Below, in pieces: positions 63,371 through 64,000 of a DNA stretch of 64,000 nucleotides. A program made the translations under genes and the position numbers. The DNA comes from Camelus dromedarius (lineage: Eukaryota): assembly GCF_036321535.1 (NCBI RefSeq), contig NC_087436.1, positions 116,314,001 to 116,378,000 on the forward strand, given 5' to 3'. The notes under the pieces are model-generated. The model had not been told where the DNA came from. It saw nothing but the letters and a program-made list of their open reading frames with translations, and did not search any database. The first letter of the stretch is position 1; each line of letters starts with the position of its first letter.

Positions 63371-64000
63371 GTTGGCCTCTTCAGGAACTGCTCGTCCTGA
63401 TGTGAATGTCTCTTCAGGGGCTCCCCATGAATGTTGCACTTTGATTGAATTCAATTTAACGCTTTGGAAGCATCAGGACAGGGCTATTTTAACAAGAGTT
63501 TTCTGCCACCTTTTGATGTGAGCCTTTTGATCTCAGACAGTCAAGATGATATGCAGATTTCATTGGCTGCCATGGGGATGGACCTCCTCTCCTGGATCAA
63601 ATGGATTGCTTCCCCTGCCCCAAACCCCAGCAGTCCTCCCTTCCTCCGAGTCAAGCCTTTAGTCTGGCGAGTGGTCCAGCAGGAACAGAGGGCAGTTTCT
63701 TTCTCTTCTAGCAGAGAGAGAAGCTGGATGCTAAGAATAGACTGTGTGCTCCTGGGGCTGGCTATCTACCCTGCTCCCTGCTGCCGGGCCTCTTGGAGTC
63801 CGAAGTGACTAATATAAATGTGGAGCAGAGGACACTGCCCATCGTCCATGAAGTAACCGCTGGAGTCCTCACTGTGACCTTGAGTCCACGGTGATTCAGC
63901 CCCCGACCTCTCACCACTGCGGCACACCAAGCCTGTGCTCTGGGGGTTGTGAGCATGTAAAGCCCCACCTGCACACACTCTGCAGCAGGCCTGCCCCGCT

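Noticed and set aside
1..64000. Host protein-coding gene or novel multi-gene system among the listed ORFs
   Set aside because: All ORFs are 164 aa or shorter, and many start at non-ATG codons or are low-complexity. The only recognisable peptides are L1 ORF2 and ERV-L remnants. I found no consistent exon chain, although small exons could be missed by eye.
63780..64000. CpG island or promoter
   Set aside because: Only mild GC and CpG enrichment over ~200 bp at the window edge, which is insufficient without downstream sequence.

Overview
This is mammalian, CpG-depleted, non-coding DNA (intergenic or deep intronic), most likely from a camelid. The evidence is a camelid vic-1-type tRNA-derived SINE at ~11.66-11.81 kb and cetartiodactyl-type L1 3' ends; I saw no Alu, BovB/Bov-tA or PRE-1. 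I found no credible host coding exon, RNA gene or CpG island. The only ORFs resembling known proteins are decayed L1 ORF2 and ERV-L gag/pol remnants. The window is dense in interspersed repeats: MIR, L2, several L1 generations, MLT1 LTRs, ERV1-type solo LTRs, MER74, a deleted ERV-L internal region, MER20, MER94, MER45B and a Tigger1 end. The most notable structures are a four-element nested L1 cluster (33.4-39.7 kb), an ERV-L internal remnant that keeps gag but lacks PR/RT and the integrase core (43.2-46.2 kb), a 5'-inverted L1 (4.1-4.7 kb) and several repeat-free, motif-dense candidate enhancers. I found no evidence of a new biological system. Family names come from recalled consensus sequences, not from a search, and the boundaries of old repeats are approximate.
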